From: an uncultured virus (IMG/VR IMGVR_UViG_3300028925_010764) | Taxonomy: Duplodnaviria; Heunggongvirae; Uroviricota; Caudoviricetes | Virus record (IMG/VR): IMGVR_UViG_3300028925_010764 | Strand: one strand, 5' to 3' | Length of the DNA: 64,000 nt | Shown here: piece by piece, positions 45,576 to 58,800 of the stretch | How positions within the stretch are numbered: position 1 is the first letter of the stretch | How the letters are laid out: the number at the start of each line of letters is the position of its first letter | Program-made: the position numbers and the translations under genes | Notes under the pieces: generated by a model | What the model saw: the letters and a program-made list of their open reading frames with translations, nothing else | What the model was told of the DNA's origin: nothing | The model's database searches: none

Positions 45576-48500
45576 TCAATATCCGATCTTGATTTGCCCG
45601 CAGTCTTGAGCGCCACGTTGGCTGTAATTCGCTCCGTTCGCAGCACCGGGGTAGTAGTAAGAGAAGTGGCAGGCGATGAACTTCCCGAAACCAGCCCTGC
45701 CCCTCCGTGTCTCCTTGTTGTCCTGATAAAATTTCTTGTTCCCGTTGTGGCTATGCACGTCATGAAGGCTGTTGAGTCCATCGTATGATTTGTTAGAGAA
45801 CCCATCCATTTCGGTGTACCTCGATACATGAGATTGGTCCGCGCCATACAGATACCATGATCCGCTGTTCCCCGGGACGGCTGCTCCATTGTACTGCCAA
45901 GCAGCAATCCATGGGTTCGCAGTGTTGCTCTGCAACACTAATACCCCTTGGTGCGTCACATGGGTCATCGAGTGACCTTTGATTGGATCCCGAGATCCTT
46001 GCGGGACCGTTCCTGCAGCACGCCACATGTAGCTGAACGAGCACTCCTCGGCCAACTCTAGCATGACCCAGTCCAACGGGCTCAGCTCGTAAGACTTTGT
46101 GCCGTCGATAATGCCCGGGGCGTTCTCGATAGCCGTCGTGATAACGGCCTGTGAATAACCTGGCGTAGCGTCAGCAACCCCACCCCTGTAAATCTTGGCG
46201 CCCACAATCTCCCGAAGGTAGTCGTTGTGAAACCCACGGAGCCACGGTGACTCGAACTCTGGCGGGTCGTCGTTCCACTGGTTGTACGTTGACTGTGCGA
46301 ACAGCTTCACCTTGCGGTCAATTAGATTGGCAGGCTGACTCTGCAACAGAGCGAACGGAAATTCCGTAGCGCCAGCGGCAATCGTCCCGCTTAAAATCTC
46401 TGCCGTTGTGTCAGCATCTCTGACCTGCCAATCGAAGGTCTTTTTCACATGGCCTGTCATCCCGCCCCACGTAACCAGATCACCATTACTGAACTTACCG
46501 ATAGGCCAATTTGATCCGGATCCAAACTTAATCAATTCCGTCTCCTTCGTTGCTTGAATGGGCATTCGATAGGGGGCTGCTACGAAATCGATCTTGCCGT
46601 GTGTGGTCTGGTCGTATGTGGACACCTCTACTTTGTCACCTTCCAGAAGGTTCAGCTTCCAGATCTTCTGGTTGTCATCGGATCCCGCCTCGAATATCCA
46701 GAGCCTTTCCTCTGTCATATCATTGGTGTCTCGGAAGCAGAATGGGCCGAGTGTTTCTGATTGATCTCCCGTGTCATCAAGGAGTCGAGCCCTGTTCCCC
46801 AGTCCGACCCCTAGCCCTCCTTGCCCGTTTATCTGCCATAAACTATTCCCATTCTTATGGCCGGCGAGGTTTTCATAAGTCTGCTGACTTCCGTATTGAC
46901 CCTCCGACGAGAACAGAAGGACGTTTCCGCTTCGCACTACGAACGCTGGATAGGTGGCCGCGCCGTACCCGATGCCGCCGTATGGGGTGTTTGTCCAAGC
47001 GGTTCTCTGGGTGTAAGCTCCCGTGGAAACATTCAGGCTCCCGAAAGCTTGAGCTCGTCTATCAAACAGATAGAGCCTGCCGTCAGCCCAGCCGTTGTCA
47101 AAGCTCGCTCCCTCAAAACGGTGTGTGCTCGTGGATTCAAAGTAGCTGACACTGGTGGCAACCGCAGTCTCAAGGTTCAGCGTGTAGAGCCCGTAGTCTG
47201 AGGTTCGCCAGGTGATCAGGTAGGCTGTTGTGTTGCCAGTCGTTTGATTCCGGTAGTCGATTGCGAACCCCTGTATTCTTCTCGTCGATGCGTGAAGACC
47301 AGTGATTGTCCCGATCAGAGTGAGTGCTCCGGTTGAAGTCTCGACGGACACCAGCTTGTTGTCGGTCACGGTATCAATAGCAACGGTCCCTCCGTCAGTG
47401 ATGGCGAAGATCTGCCCCTCATCCACGTTGCAGTCCAGTTCGATGTTCGTGATCTCCAGCGTGCCTGTGTTCGCGGTGAATGTGATCCGATAGTAGGAGT
47501 AGGCGTCCCGGTTATTGGTGTCGAACACGAGTTGCTGAGAAACGCCATCCCCTTTGTTTGACCACGTCCCAAGTGAGGTCCAGGCAATGTCATCATTCGA
47601 CCCCTCGACCGTGAAAGCTGACGCCGTCATGGCCCCGCGTAAGGTGATGTGTCGAATCACCTTTGCCGCGCTGGCGAACTCGTGCTTGATCCACTGAGGA
47701 AGTGCTGCCGATGGGCGCCAACCCGTGCCGGCTGGGTCACTGTCGAAAGCCTTGTGGGATTCATACCCGACCGTCTCCGTGCTGTGAGTGATGTCCACAT
47801 GAGGGACTCCATATACGTTCGCGCACGTCCCGGCCTGAAAGGCATCCTTCGCCTCCACCTTGATCGTCCAGATCGCGTCCATGTTTGGCGTGCCATTATC
47901 TGTCACGCGAACGGTTATGTAGGTGGTTCCGAGAGCGGTAGGGGTCCAAGTGAATCGTCCGGTCGAGGAATTGATCACTGCTCCAGCAGGGATGGCGTCC
48001 CCCTCGGGTGTGCCGTCGTATCCAGTCTGACCAAGGTTTGGGTAGGGGCCAGCAGTGGCGTCGAGACTGTAGGTCAGGGTTTGCTTCGGGACATCCTGAT
48101 CCCGTGACTTGAACCAGATCGATAGCTGTTGGAAAATGTTCTTCTCGTACTCGATCACGTCCCCTTCATCCCATAGGTCAGGAGAATGGTTCAGGTCCGT
48201 GAGGTTGAATGACACCACCTTGTCCACCGTGTTGACGCCGTCCTTCGCGCGCACGCGGACAGTCACCACCTTCGGAAGAGATCCCTGCTCTGGGGGCATG
48301 GCCGTTATCGTAGTCCGATGCCGCCCGCCCCCGGTGTTGGCTCCACCCGGCACGATAGAGAAACCACTGGGCGGGTTGACCAGTGAGAACGAGACACCGG
48401 CTGCCGTGCCGGTAGCCCAGACGGTTTTGAATAGCTGTTCCGTTTCGTCGATGGTGTAAACCACGGTCCCGTTAGCGACGTAGGCGCCGTTGCCAATCGA

Positions 48501-48785
48501 TGTGTCGAGACTGAACGTGTCGTCGGTGATCTTGGTGATAACCCAGTCTCCGTTGGCTGCCGTATTCCCTGTCACCCCGGCAATCGTCACCTTGTCACCT
48601 GTCACTCGGGCGTGGTCCGTGGTGGTGGTGATAACGATGGGAGTGGCGTTCGTAGCGCCACTGACCACCATGTCGTGGTCGTCCAGAGTCAGGGTAGCGC
48701 CAGGCGGTGGTGGCGGGTGATGGCTGGGATAGCCGCCAACGTCGTGCAACAGGAACAGCCTGCGTTCTCGTTGAACCGGGTTCAT
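45576..48785 (-). CDS. Tail fibre/adhesin-like virion protein (FCCH-like, Ig-like, discoidin-like and propeller-like segments)
   Basis: GATNATPIVIT repeat; INSSTGRFTWTP Ig-like motif; KAFD...W...LPQWI discoidin-like motif. Confidence 0.7.
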   Translation of the reverse strand: MNPVQRERRLFLLHDVGGYPSHHPPPPPGATLTLDDHDMVVSGATNATPIVITTTTDHARVTGDKVTIAGVTGNTAANGDWVITKITDDTFSLDTSIGNGAYVANGTVVYTIDETEQLFKTVWATGTAAGVSFSLVNPPSGFSIVPGGANTGGGRHRTTITAMPPEQGSLPKVVTVRVRAKDGVNTVDKVVSFNLTDLNHSPDLWDEGDVIEYEKNIFQQLSIWFKSRDQDVPKQTLTYSLDATAGPYPNLGQTGYDGTPEGDAIPAGAVINSSTGRFTWTPTALGTTYITVRVTDNGTPNMDAIWTIKVEAKDAFQAGTCANVYGVPHVDITHSTETVGYESHKAFDSDPAGTGWRPSAALPQWIKHEFASAAKVIRHITLRGAMTASAFTVEGSNDDIAWTSLGTWSNKGDGVSQQLVFDTNNRDAYSYYRITFTANTGTLEITNIELDCNVDEGQIFAITDGGTVAIDTVTDNKLVSVETSTGALTLIGTITGLHASTRRIQGFAIDYRNQTTGNTTAYLITWRTSDYGLYTLNLETAVATSVSYFESTSTHRFEGASFDNGWADGRLYLFDRRAQAFGSLNVSTGAYTQRTAWTNTPYGGIGYGAATYPAFVVRSGNVLLFSSEGQYGSQQTYENLAGHKNGNSLWQINGQGGLGVGLGNRARLLDDTGDQSETLGPFCFRDTNDMTEERLWIFEAGSDDNQKIWKLNLLEGDKVEVSTYDQTTHGKIDFVAAPYRMPIQATKETELIKFGSGSNWPIGKFSNGDLVTWGGMTGHVKKTFDWQVRDADTTAEILSGTIAAGATEFPFALLQSQPANLIDRKVKLFAQSTYNQWNDDPPEFESPWLRGFHNDYLREIVGAKIYRGGVADATPGYSQAVITTAIENAPGIIDGTKSYELSPLDWVMLELAEECSFSYMWRAAGTVPQGSRDPIKGHSMTHVTHQGVLVLQSNTANPWIAAWQYNGAAVPGNSGSWYLYGADQSHVSRYTEMDGFSNKSYDGLNSLHDVHSHNGNKKFYQDNKETRRGRAGFGKFIACHFSYYYPGAANGANYSQRGAQDCGQIKIGY

Positions 48786-49810
48786 TAGTTCTGCTCAGCC
48801 GTGAGGGCCAATCTGAATGTCTGACCAGACCCGGGGACGTATGCCCCTTGCGCCACGAGTACTGCGTAAATCGTTCGGAAGTTCGACGAGGTCTTGAACG
48901 CCATCCGAATGCTGTCGTTGTAAGCGATGGCTGAATCGCCGGCAGCCTCGGCTACAAGCACCATGTCCACCTTCGCTAAATATTTAGCCTTGTCTGCCCA
49001 GTTGATTTGAAATGCTGCATTGTCCAACGGGAGCGAAGCCGGCGGTTCGTCCATGATGTAGACCCGGAAGCTCCCAAGGGTGGTGACAAGGAGGTTGGTC
49101 GTCAACATGATGTTGAGGATGTATCCCTCCTCGCCGGCGAGCCGAGATGCCAGGTGGAAGGCGAACGCTCGAGCCATCGTGCCGCCCGCGGTGTAGTTGC
49201 TGTTGCCTACCGAGGTCTTCAGGCTGAACGTCGTGGAGGACACTACCGTCACCTCCCAGTCGCCATTGGCTGCTGTGTTGCCGCCGACACTCGCGATCGT
49301 CACCTTGTCTCCCGTATCCAGCCCGTGCGCTGCGGTCGTCACCACAATAGGGGTGGCGTTCGTCGCACCAGTCACGGCGAGGTTCAGCCCGACCACGTCA
49401 CCCAGCGAATACGCCGTGGTGTTAGATGGCCGGGAGATCTCATCGACCAGTAACTTCGTGTGCCCACCTGACTTGACGAGCTGCTCGCCGTTCGAGTTGG
49501 CGGCGATGTGGTTATCGAAGTTGTCCGAGTTCACGGCACGCTCCATGATCAGAGTGCCTGTCGCTGGGGTGGTGGGAGTCGTGGTGATCGATAATGTAAC
49601 GGTGTGCTCGTCAACGTAGCTGGCCGTCGCCCGGTCCACGTTGTAGTCGTCGGGCGTAGCTCCTCGGATATGGATGGCATCGCCATCTTGCATGTAATGC
49701 GGGCCGGTGGAGATCACGGTCACGACGGCTCCGGATCTGGTGATCGAAGCGATGGGCACTGTTCGTGTCTTCGCTACGCCTTGTTCATCTGTTAGGATCG
49801 TCGGTTTCAT
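48785..49810 (-). CDS. Virion protein with two FCCH-like beta domains
   Basis: Two H.L..GD.V.I.G-type repeats; Thr-rich. Confidence 0.65.
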   Translation of the reverse strand: MKPTILTDEQGVAKTRTVPIASITRSGAVVTVISTGPHYMQDGDAIHIRGATPDDYNVDRATASYVDEHTVTLSITTTPTTPATGTLIMERAVNSDNFDNHIAANSNGEQLVKSGGHTKLLVDEISRPSNTTAYSLGDVVGLNLAVTGATNATPIVVTTAAHGLDTGDKVTIASVGGNTAANGDWEVTVVSSTTFSLKTSVGNSNYTAGGTMARAFAFHLASRLAGEEGYILNIMLTTNLLVTTLGSFRVYIMDEPPASLPLDNAAFQINWADKAKYLAKVDMVLVAEAAGDSAIAYNDSIRMAFKTSSNFRTIYAVLVAQGAYVPGSGQTFRLALTAEQN

Positions 49811-49825
49811 GGTGTCACCTTAATG

Positions 49826-52800
49826 TTATTGGAAAGGACTTTCAAACATTGTTGCAGCCCGTTGGAAATCTGACCGAGAACGCTTGCCCGTGCTGGCTTT
49901 CTTGCGCTTTGCCCCTGACCCCACGTTTGGATTCACCCCGAGATGCCGCTCTCCAAAGCTGTTGATCAGGTTGACTGCCTCGCTCACGTCCTTCCGGCCG
50001 TCATCGGGCAGGTTGGACAGGATGTCCTTAAATTCCATCTCCGTTGGGGTGGTCTTGAACACGACCCGGAGCGGGTGGCTCGACTGATACATCAGCTTCA
50101 CCCGGCTCTCTGCCTCCTTGCGGATCTCCGCAATGGACATCATCTTGCCCTTCTTCTGGATCGCCTTCTCGGCCTGCTTCAAAGCCTCCCTCTTGTGCAT
50201 GTCGAACAGCACTGAGTCGTTCGAGAGCGAGGCAAGGATCATCTCCGACACATGGGGCTTGATCTCGTTGGTCAGGCTGCGCGAGCCGCTGCCTGTCCGG
50301 ACGTCGAGGTTCATCTCCCGGCCCATGGCGCGGAGGTAGTTCTGCGCGTTGATCCTGCGGGTCACCCTGGCCTCGTCGCGGAAGAACGGGATGTCAGGTG
50401 ACACCGTGTTGTTGATGATCTGGGCATACTGGATGTAGCCCGTGCCACCCATGGCCTGCATCATCGGGCGCCACACCGAGGAGTAGGTCGCATCGTCCAG
50501 ACCAGTGCGGCCGAGGGCGGTGGTGGATTGCATGAATCCTTGAAGGGCATTCATGAACACGACCCGGTGATCGAAGGAGATGCCGCGCGTGTTGCCTCCC
50601 TCTTGGAAGTTCGCGAGCCCGTGGGCGATGTCGCCGGCGAAACCAAAGGAACCGACGCGCGCTGTCCGCTCGAGGAACGCACGGCCCACGTCGAGGAACT
50701 CGTGCTCTGGGTTGAGCGGGTTCATGAAGGGGCGCAGGTTGGACTTCTTGCCTGTTACCTTCTCGTCATACTCATCCATGAGCAGGGTCCACGCCATGCC
50801 GATGGGAACCATGGCACCGAACATCTTCATCGCCGTCATGAACTGGTAGCGCTGATCGTTGGCGTCCCTCATGCCACCACGGAGCTGATCCATCTTGGCG
50901 AATGACCACCCGAGCAGGGGCTTGGAGAACCGGAGGGCGTCCTGCGTCATGAAAGCTGTCGGCTGGTTGGTGATCGAGGACTCGAGCGAGATCTCTCTCA
51001 ATGTCATGGATGCCAGCCGCGCATACTGAGTGTCAGTGAACAGCGGAGCTCCCTCCTCCATGGCAGCCGCCACGGCGTGCTCGAAGTTGATGCCGTAGTT
51101 CTGCATCGTCACCTTCATCTTCTGGAACGCCAGCTTGTCATCGGAGAACCCGAACAACCGCCTCTTGTATCCCAGATCTTCCGCGGTGAACTCAAATCCT
51201 GCCTCGAGGAACCTCTCACTGCTCTCGGGATCCTTGGCGAACTTCACGCCCCTCTCCACCATGTCACCGTAAGCCTCCCATGTGCCGTCGATCATGGAGT
51301 TGTTCATGATCTGGACGAACGTCGAGAACGAGGCGTGCGGCCGGAACACTGGATACTGTGGCCCCTTTGCGTTCAGGGAGTTGACCTCACCGTCAGCGCC
51401 TTGGGTTTCCTGCGGACGCCGGGAGATCCCTGTCTCCAGCAGGATCTCTCTCGTCATGCGTGCGCCACGGACCAGGCCGCGTTGGATCTTCCCGCCTGAA
51501 ATCTCCTGTGTCCAAACAGCTTGAAGCCGCTTCTTCAACGTGAGGTGATGCGAGGAATCGAACCGGCCCACCGCATTGCGTCTTAGCACATTCTCCGTGT
51601 TCATGAGGAGCTGGTGGTTGAACATCTGGAAGAACGAGCCCAGCGTTTCACCCATCAGGGATTTCCAGTTCCGGATCACTTGCTTGCGCGCCACCTTCGA
51701 GGGCCCATACTTGGCGATGGGGTCGAACATCGACATGAAGTTCAAGAGTGTGGTCTTCGGACCCTGAATGATGGATCCGGTCATCGTGTTGAGTAACTCC
51801 ATCGCCGCCTTGTTCTCAACGAGGCCACTGCCTTGGGCTTCAAACCACGCGAGTAGCGTGCTCATCATCTTGTTCATCATCGGCAACCCCTCATAGGCAC
51901 CCACGATTTTATCGAGGAACTCCTCCGGGTTCTCGCCCATCTCTTCAGCCCTGACTCTGGCGGCAGCTTCGAGTTGCCTTCGGAACTTCTTCCGCTTCCA
52001 AGGGGATACGGTTTCAGGGTTTGCTGAAGGGTTGTCTCTCCGGAACTCTGCGATCAATCGCTCGTATTCGCGAGCGAACCTCTCCATCTCACCCTTGGCT
52101 GATCCTATGTCACTCTCGATTGACCGCATGTCCCGCCCGAGATAGGCGTGGACAGCCATCTGGCTGGCCATAATCCGCGCGTTCGACTGGTCGTAGGTGG
52201 CGTAGGACAGGAACGCTGCCGGGAAATTCTCTGCGCGCCGGGAATCCATGAGCTGATGCGGAAGCAGTGTCTGGGTGTTCTTGTCCCCAACTTTGAGCGC
52301 GCTCTGCTCCTGCTCGATAAGGATGCGGGAGATCTGCCCGAAGAACTGGTAGAACGTGTCGATGGTGTCGCCGACGAACTGGGCCATGTCGTCTTCAATT
52401 TTCATCTCGACAGGTAGCGTGACGCCTTCCTTGTTTGGCCTCGCTCGGAGCTGGGCTGCCTCGTTGCGTGCGGCCAGCTTGGCGGGACCGTCCTCGTTTT
52501 GATAGAGCAGCTCCGCGAACTTTACGAGATCCACCCCGCCTGTCGATTCGATGTATGAATCCTTCCATGCGGCCATCACGTTATCGATGGTCGCTATGTT
52601 TTTGATCCCGTCTGCGAACATCGGTGATGAGAAGTGGCTCTTGGCAGTGTCCTCGACAATCGGCTTGATGAATCCTTCCACCACTGCAGCGGGCGTCATC
52701 AATGAGAGCTTCGCTGCCAGTGCTCCAGGGTCTTTCATGTAGGCGCTGACGAGATCCTCGATCGGTGGAGGGTTAGGCTTGTTGAACGCCAGGTCTTTAG

Positions 52801-55800
52801 GCTCCTCGCCTGCCAGCTTCTGTTCATCCGTCAGCTTCGAGGTGCCCGGCCACCCAATTCTGGACATGTCGTAGTGCAGGCTGCCGAGCCTATTATGCAG
52901 CGTTCTTGAGACGGTGAAAAGCGGGGCTCCAACCGACTCGCGAAGCAGGCCAAGCACGTCATCCTTCACCTTGATGCCGAGCTTCACCCTGACTGTGAGA
53001 TTGAACCAGTTGTTGATCGACTGGGTTTCGAGGAACAGTTCCTTGATTGCAGGCCACGCTGCCGGGATGTCCTTCGCGATGGTTTTGTTAGATTCCAAGT
53101 GCTCCTTCAGCAACTTGAGGGCTTCCTCCTGCGGGTTAGCCACTGAGTCTCCGTCCTCACCTTTGACTGATCCTTCGACGAGGTAGTTGTGATTCTCGAT
53201 AAACTTCAGGCCGGAATCATAGACGATCTCCATGAACAGGTCTGCTGTTCCAAGGCTTGGCATGGCTTTGACAGCCTCACCTCTCGCCACCTCCCATCGC
53301 GACCCGCGCACATTGGCTTCCGATTCAAACTCTTGGGTAGCTGCGTCGAACAGTGTGATCCTTCTGGCAGCAGCACGCCCGCCGTCCGTGCCTGTCAGTC
53401 GCAGCCTGGTGATGATGGAGCTCAGGAACTTCGTGAACAGATTGTTCCGCATCGCACGATGGATGGGGGACATCTCCTCCATCTTCAGCTTCATGTTCGT
53501 GTCGTAGATCGTGTTGTAGATCAGGCCCTGGTTGCCCTCGTTATTCTTGAGCCACTTGTCGTTAACCACGATGACCTCGTGCATCTTGGCAGCATTGCGA
53601 TCCTCTCCCCGGCCAGTGCGACGGGTGAACCTGAACCGCTTATGGTTGGGCTTGCTCCACTTGTCACCTTTGAGCTTCTTTCCCATGTCGTTCGCGCGCT
53701 CCACCTCTGCGAGAGTGGCGCCTTCGGATGGGGCTACCACCAGCATCGCGCCCTCAATCATTTCCACCGGCTCGACTGCACCGATTATCGCCTCTGCTTG
53801 GGAGAGGCGCCCAAGGAAACTGTTGTGCAATGCGTCACTCTCCTTATCGAACTTCTTAGCCTCTTCTATCTTTCGATCGAGGGCTCGCATCTCTGCCTTG
53901 TGCTTGTTGTATTCCGATGCCAGCGCGCCAACGGCCCGAGACTTCTTGCTGAGTTCCGTGAGCAGCTTCTCGTGCTGTGGCGTAATGAACCCTGCCTCTT
54001 CCTTGATTGCCGCGATCATGGCTTTCAAGGCGAGAGTTTCCTCCGGTGTGATCTTGTTAGGATGGTCGTCGGCTAGGTTCTGGCGATTCCTCACCTCTAA
54101 CCACGCCATGGCTGCCGGGTTGGAAACCTGAAGGTCGCGGATCAATCCATACAATATCAACGATTGCAGATTGGTGGTCTTGGCGGTCTTCGGCCCGTCC
54201 GTCATCGCTTCTTGGAATTGGCGCATCATCGTGGCGAAATCGTTACGCGATTGAAGGAACTCCTTCGCGTCCGGGGTTGACAGTCCTTCGATGATTGATT
54301 CCGGTGAGCCCGTGAAGTCGATGCCGAGTCCAGCTATTCTCTCCATGAAGTTCATGAACGCAGTGTCTGATTTGCTGATCTTCTTAAACAGATCGTCTGC
54401 GATGGACTCGTGTGCGTCTCCTTTGAATGACCCGGAAATTTTTTCAACAGCGTTGGCCAGCATTCCCTTCACCCACCTCGGGTTGCCCATGAAACGGATG
54501 TCATTCCCGAACTTCCTGATGGAGTTCTTGAACGTCACGAGGATGTTCTTGTGCACAAGGTCAAGGTTCTTGTAGTTCAGCTCCAGCTTGTTGAGCCGGT
54601 CAGTCTTTTTGGCTTTCTTCTTCTCCGAAGTGGCAATGACGCGCTGCATCGCTGCAATCTTACGGCCGAATCTCTTGTGAACTTTTCGGAGGTGGGTCAC
54701 GTAGATCAGATTACCCCTGCCGCCTTGCAGTTTGTCGGCAGTTACGTTCGGGACTGGCTGCTTGCCGTTGGCCTGTAGCGCGAGGTTCAGCTTGTTGACA
54801 TCAGTCATTGGAGCGACAGGATGACCGAGCTTCTTGAGAAACTGGTCGTATGTCATATCGTCTATCAAGCCAGTGTTCCCCACCTCGGCGAACATTATTT
54901 GAAAGGAATCCTCCAAGCTCTGCATTGCGGCCGACCAAGGGGTTGCGATCGCGGTCGCGTTGTCGCCACCTGCCTCCGGCTTGCTGAGAATGCTTTGCGC
55001 CGGCTTGTTGTAAAATACTGACTGGCCAAAGACGTTGTTGAACAGAGTCTTGGTGTCGCCTATCTCAGCGAACCCCTGCTCTGTCGCCACGCTGCCATCG
55101 GGCGCGAGGTACTCCTTGACCCAGCCCTCTCCGTGGACGGGTGCGCCGTGGAGGTCAGGCATGTCAGCAGAGTTCAGGTTGCGCCCGCCGATGAAGGACA
55201 TGAACGGCGCCGGCTTGCCGCGGAACATGTCGAACCGGTTCTTGACGAACGCGAATGCCAGGTTCGGGTTGACGTGTTCAGGTCCGAGCAACTGACGCTG
55301 GATCCACATAGCGGAACGCATGAGCACATCCTTGATGTGTCTGATTATCTGGGCCGCGAGAGTCTTGGCGACTTCCACCCGGATGCCGTAGAAAGACAAC
55401 GCCTCGGCCAGCCTCTCGAACTGGAGTAGGCCGCCCGTCAGCTCATCGCTCGCTGCGGTTTCAGCGATGACGTCTGCGATGGTTGGGTCCGCGGACTCCG
55501 GGTCTGAGCCCTCCATGAATCCCGTCCACCCATCGGGGAGTCCTTCCCCCTCCATGTCACTTCTCACCTCTGTTGGGCCCATCAGTCTTGGTGGTCCCAT
55601 CTCCTCCGCGAGATGGTCGACGCTCTCAAACTTCATGTCTGTAAGAGGCTCACTACCAGGGTAAGCACTGGTCAACGTGCCGTCATCCTGCTGGTAGAAG
55701 ACGTAACCATCATCGGTTAGCCAGCGCTTCTTCATGTGACGCACAGGCGCTGGCGGCTTAACGATGCGAGGATCCCGCGACTCAGTGATGCCGAGCTGCT

Positions 55801-58800
55801 CGTCGTTCAGCTTCCCAATCGCGAAATAGACAGCGTTCTGAACCTCTTCCGACTCGGCCATTGTGACCATGTGCCCCGTCTCGTGCATGAGAATCCGGAG
55901 AGACTCAAGGGTGGGATTCATTGTGTCTCTCATGGCGTGGACGATGGTCGCCTTCGTGCTATTGAACAGGGCGTTCTCCACTGGGTTGCCATCTTCGGCA
56001 ACGTGGAAACCGAGAAGCTCTGCGGTGAGGGCGTCGAGCTGCAAGTCGAGGAGCTCCACGTTTATCCCTGCATCGCGAAGCCGGGCGACGAGATCCCAGA
56101 CCCCCTCCTCTGACAGCACGTCTTGGGCCGGTAGTGAGGTGGGCCGGCTGAAGTGATTCTGTCGCGATCCCATCTGCTGATTCGGTCTGGGGGCGCTTTG
56201 ATCCGCCTGGTTTTCAGCGATGAGTTTTTCAATGCGAGAGCTATACCCACTCTCTGTTCGACTGCGTGCTGGCGATATAACCGTGGGATCGACTGCTGCT
56301 TTTGGAGGTTTCTCTGCTTCCGCGGCTAACTCTTCTTGAGACTCAGCCTGGAGCGGGGTGCCGTTAGGGCCACCATGAGCAAGTATTCGCTTCCCCTCTT
56401 CTGTGAGCCAGACAGGATTGCTGGGCTGCTCGCGAAGCAGCGCTCGCCAATCAATTCCTCTTTTTTCCGCGGGGGCGTCTGCCGGTCTTTCTTCGAGCGG
56501 GACCAGCCTTCCTGTCAGCGCCGGATCTTTCCCTATCGGAGTGGCTTGAGCCTTGACTATGGGGTCACTCACAGATGCCCTTGGGCCTCTGGTTTTCTGG
56601 GCCGGGTATGCTATCGCGCCTGCCCCAGAAGGTTTCATTGCTGTGAAGTCGTATCGACCGACCGCATCGGTGCTTTCCTCCTGCGCTTCGCTTTCGTTGT
56701 TTACGAACTCCATAAACATCCGTGACGCAGCGATCTCGTTGGCCTCGCTCTGAGCCTTTCGCCGTGTCGCATCCAAGGACTCAAGAGTCCCTATCTTCTT
56801 AGGCGGCGCTTCTGCGGGTTCTGCTAATGTCCCCCGTTCTGCGTTGATGGCAGCGCCTGCTTCACTGGAGATCTCCCCGCCCGCAAATGCCTCGGCCTCG
56901 CTCTGGGTAACGGTCTGGTTTTGCAGCAGTCCGTAGGCATACCGCTCCGCGGCTTCGATCAGTCCCCACTGCATCAGCCTTTCATGGCGGTTGGCCATCT
57001 GCTCTGGTGACAGCTCTGACCACGAAGCGATGAGAGCGTTTAGCTCGTTGGCTTCCTGCTGTATCTCACCCGGTGACTTCGTTGGGGAGCCCGTCGTTAA
57101 ATCTATGTGAAGCGTTTGCAGTCGTGAGCCTGGTGGGAGGTCGCCGCGGTGCAGGACATTGAAAGTCTCCTCTGACACCTCGATGTCCTCACCAGTTGGC
57201 AGGCTGATAGACCACCCGAACGCACGCCTGCTCCTGTCTTCGTTCTGAGCCTGCTTGGATTTATCCTTCGATGAGGTGAGGCCCCTTAGCGCTGCCATCG
57301 TCTCCGTGTAGGCTTCGTGATTCCTGACGTCTTTAATGATCTCGTTCCGCGCGACTGCTATTTCCAGATCTGTCCTTTCGGGCGATTGGAATCCATACCC
57401 AAATATTGAGGGGTACATCAGCTTGGTTCCGATTGGCGCAAGGGCTGGGTCCGCGCTTCGATCTATGGCTGCCTTCACCCTCGTAATCGTCTTACCTACG
57501 CCCCTCTCCTCCATCTCCGTGATCTCAATCTTGCGCTGATCGAACTCGTATTCGGATATTGTCTCAGCAGCTAGGTCACTCCTGTTTTGTTCGTGAGCTT
57601 TCTTGGGATCGAAATCCACAACGTCGAACGGTTTGTTTTTCCCATCAGCCGTTTTCCCTGAACTTGGGTTGCCGCGGCCTGACATGATTGCCCGGTATCG
57701 CACATATTCTATCCAATCCTGCGTTAAGTTCTGGCGATTCGTCAGCTTTGCCTTGAGACGCCGCTTCTCTTCCTCGGTCCACGTCCTGCGACTCAGTCCG
57801 ACCTGCTCCTCTACGATCAGGTCGACATCTACAAGAGTAAATCGCGTGGTATTCTTGCTTCTAAGGATTTGTCCTCCGGATGTGAGGAGGTCTTGAACAC
57901 CATCGCTGACAGATTTAAGTTTGGGAAGATTGAGGGCATCTTGGAGATTCTCTTCGCTTGACTCGAAGAAATCTTTAACAACACTTTTTCCTGTGTCGAA
58001 TTTTCCTTGTTCATAGGCTTTGTAGGTTACTTGTTGAATGAAATCCCGAAGGATCCCCACGTTTTCTTCGTAGGAAATTCCGATGAAATGGTTAGGGCCC
58101 CAGACTTTAAGGATGATCGCCCCTGATCGTGCCAGCATCCATCGCCACACGTCTTTGTTATCTGACTGCGCGGCGAACGTGTCGAGCAACTTGTTCCAGC
58201 TCCTCTTCGTCAGGGTCTTTGGGTTCTTCGACTTTTTCCTGCGCGCTTGCTCAGTGCCTGGGTCATTTACTTGGAAGCGTGCCGTCTTAATCGGAGCGGA
58301 TTGAGGTGGCTCGATGTCCTCACCCTTCGCTTCCGCTTCCGCTTCCGCTTTAGTCGGTGGATTCTCTTTGGCGTACTTCTTCTCAAACGCGGATTTCGGC
58401 CTTGCCGATTCAGCGTAATCTTCAGGACTGCTTTCCGACTCTTCGTACACGTCTTGATCAATGCGGCTGAGATCACTCTTAACGAGGGGCACGTCTTGAA
58501 AACCTTGCTCTGACTTCTCGCGGTCACGCACGATGCCGCTGCCGTCCTCTTCCATGGGCGCCAACTCGTACATGCCTTGAACGAGGTCATAGGTGTTGGC
58601 GATGGCTGCCGAGTTCGTTGCCGTGTTGGACGTGGAGTCATTGAAGTCTGATTCGCGTGACTTTTTCTTATCTCCTTCGAGGCGGCTGGCGGGTGTTATT
58701 GCTGTGACGTTGCCGTCCTCGTCTACAGAGAATTTCGACGGTCTCTGCTGCGTGCTAAGGTCATCCAGGTTCTTCGCCTCCTCGTTTTGGCTTTTCGTGA

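Noticed and set aside
57600..57635. DFDP in the giant protein as an RNA polymerase active site
   Set aside because: It does not match the DxDGD/DFDxD signature; no polymerase claim can be made.
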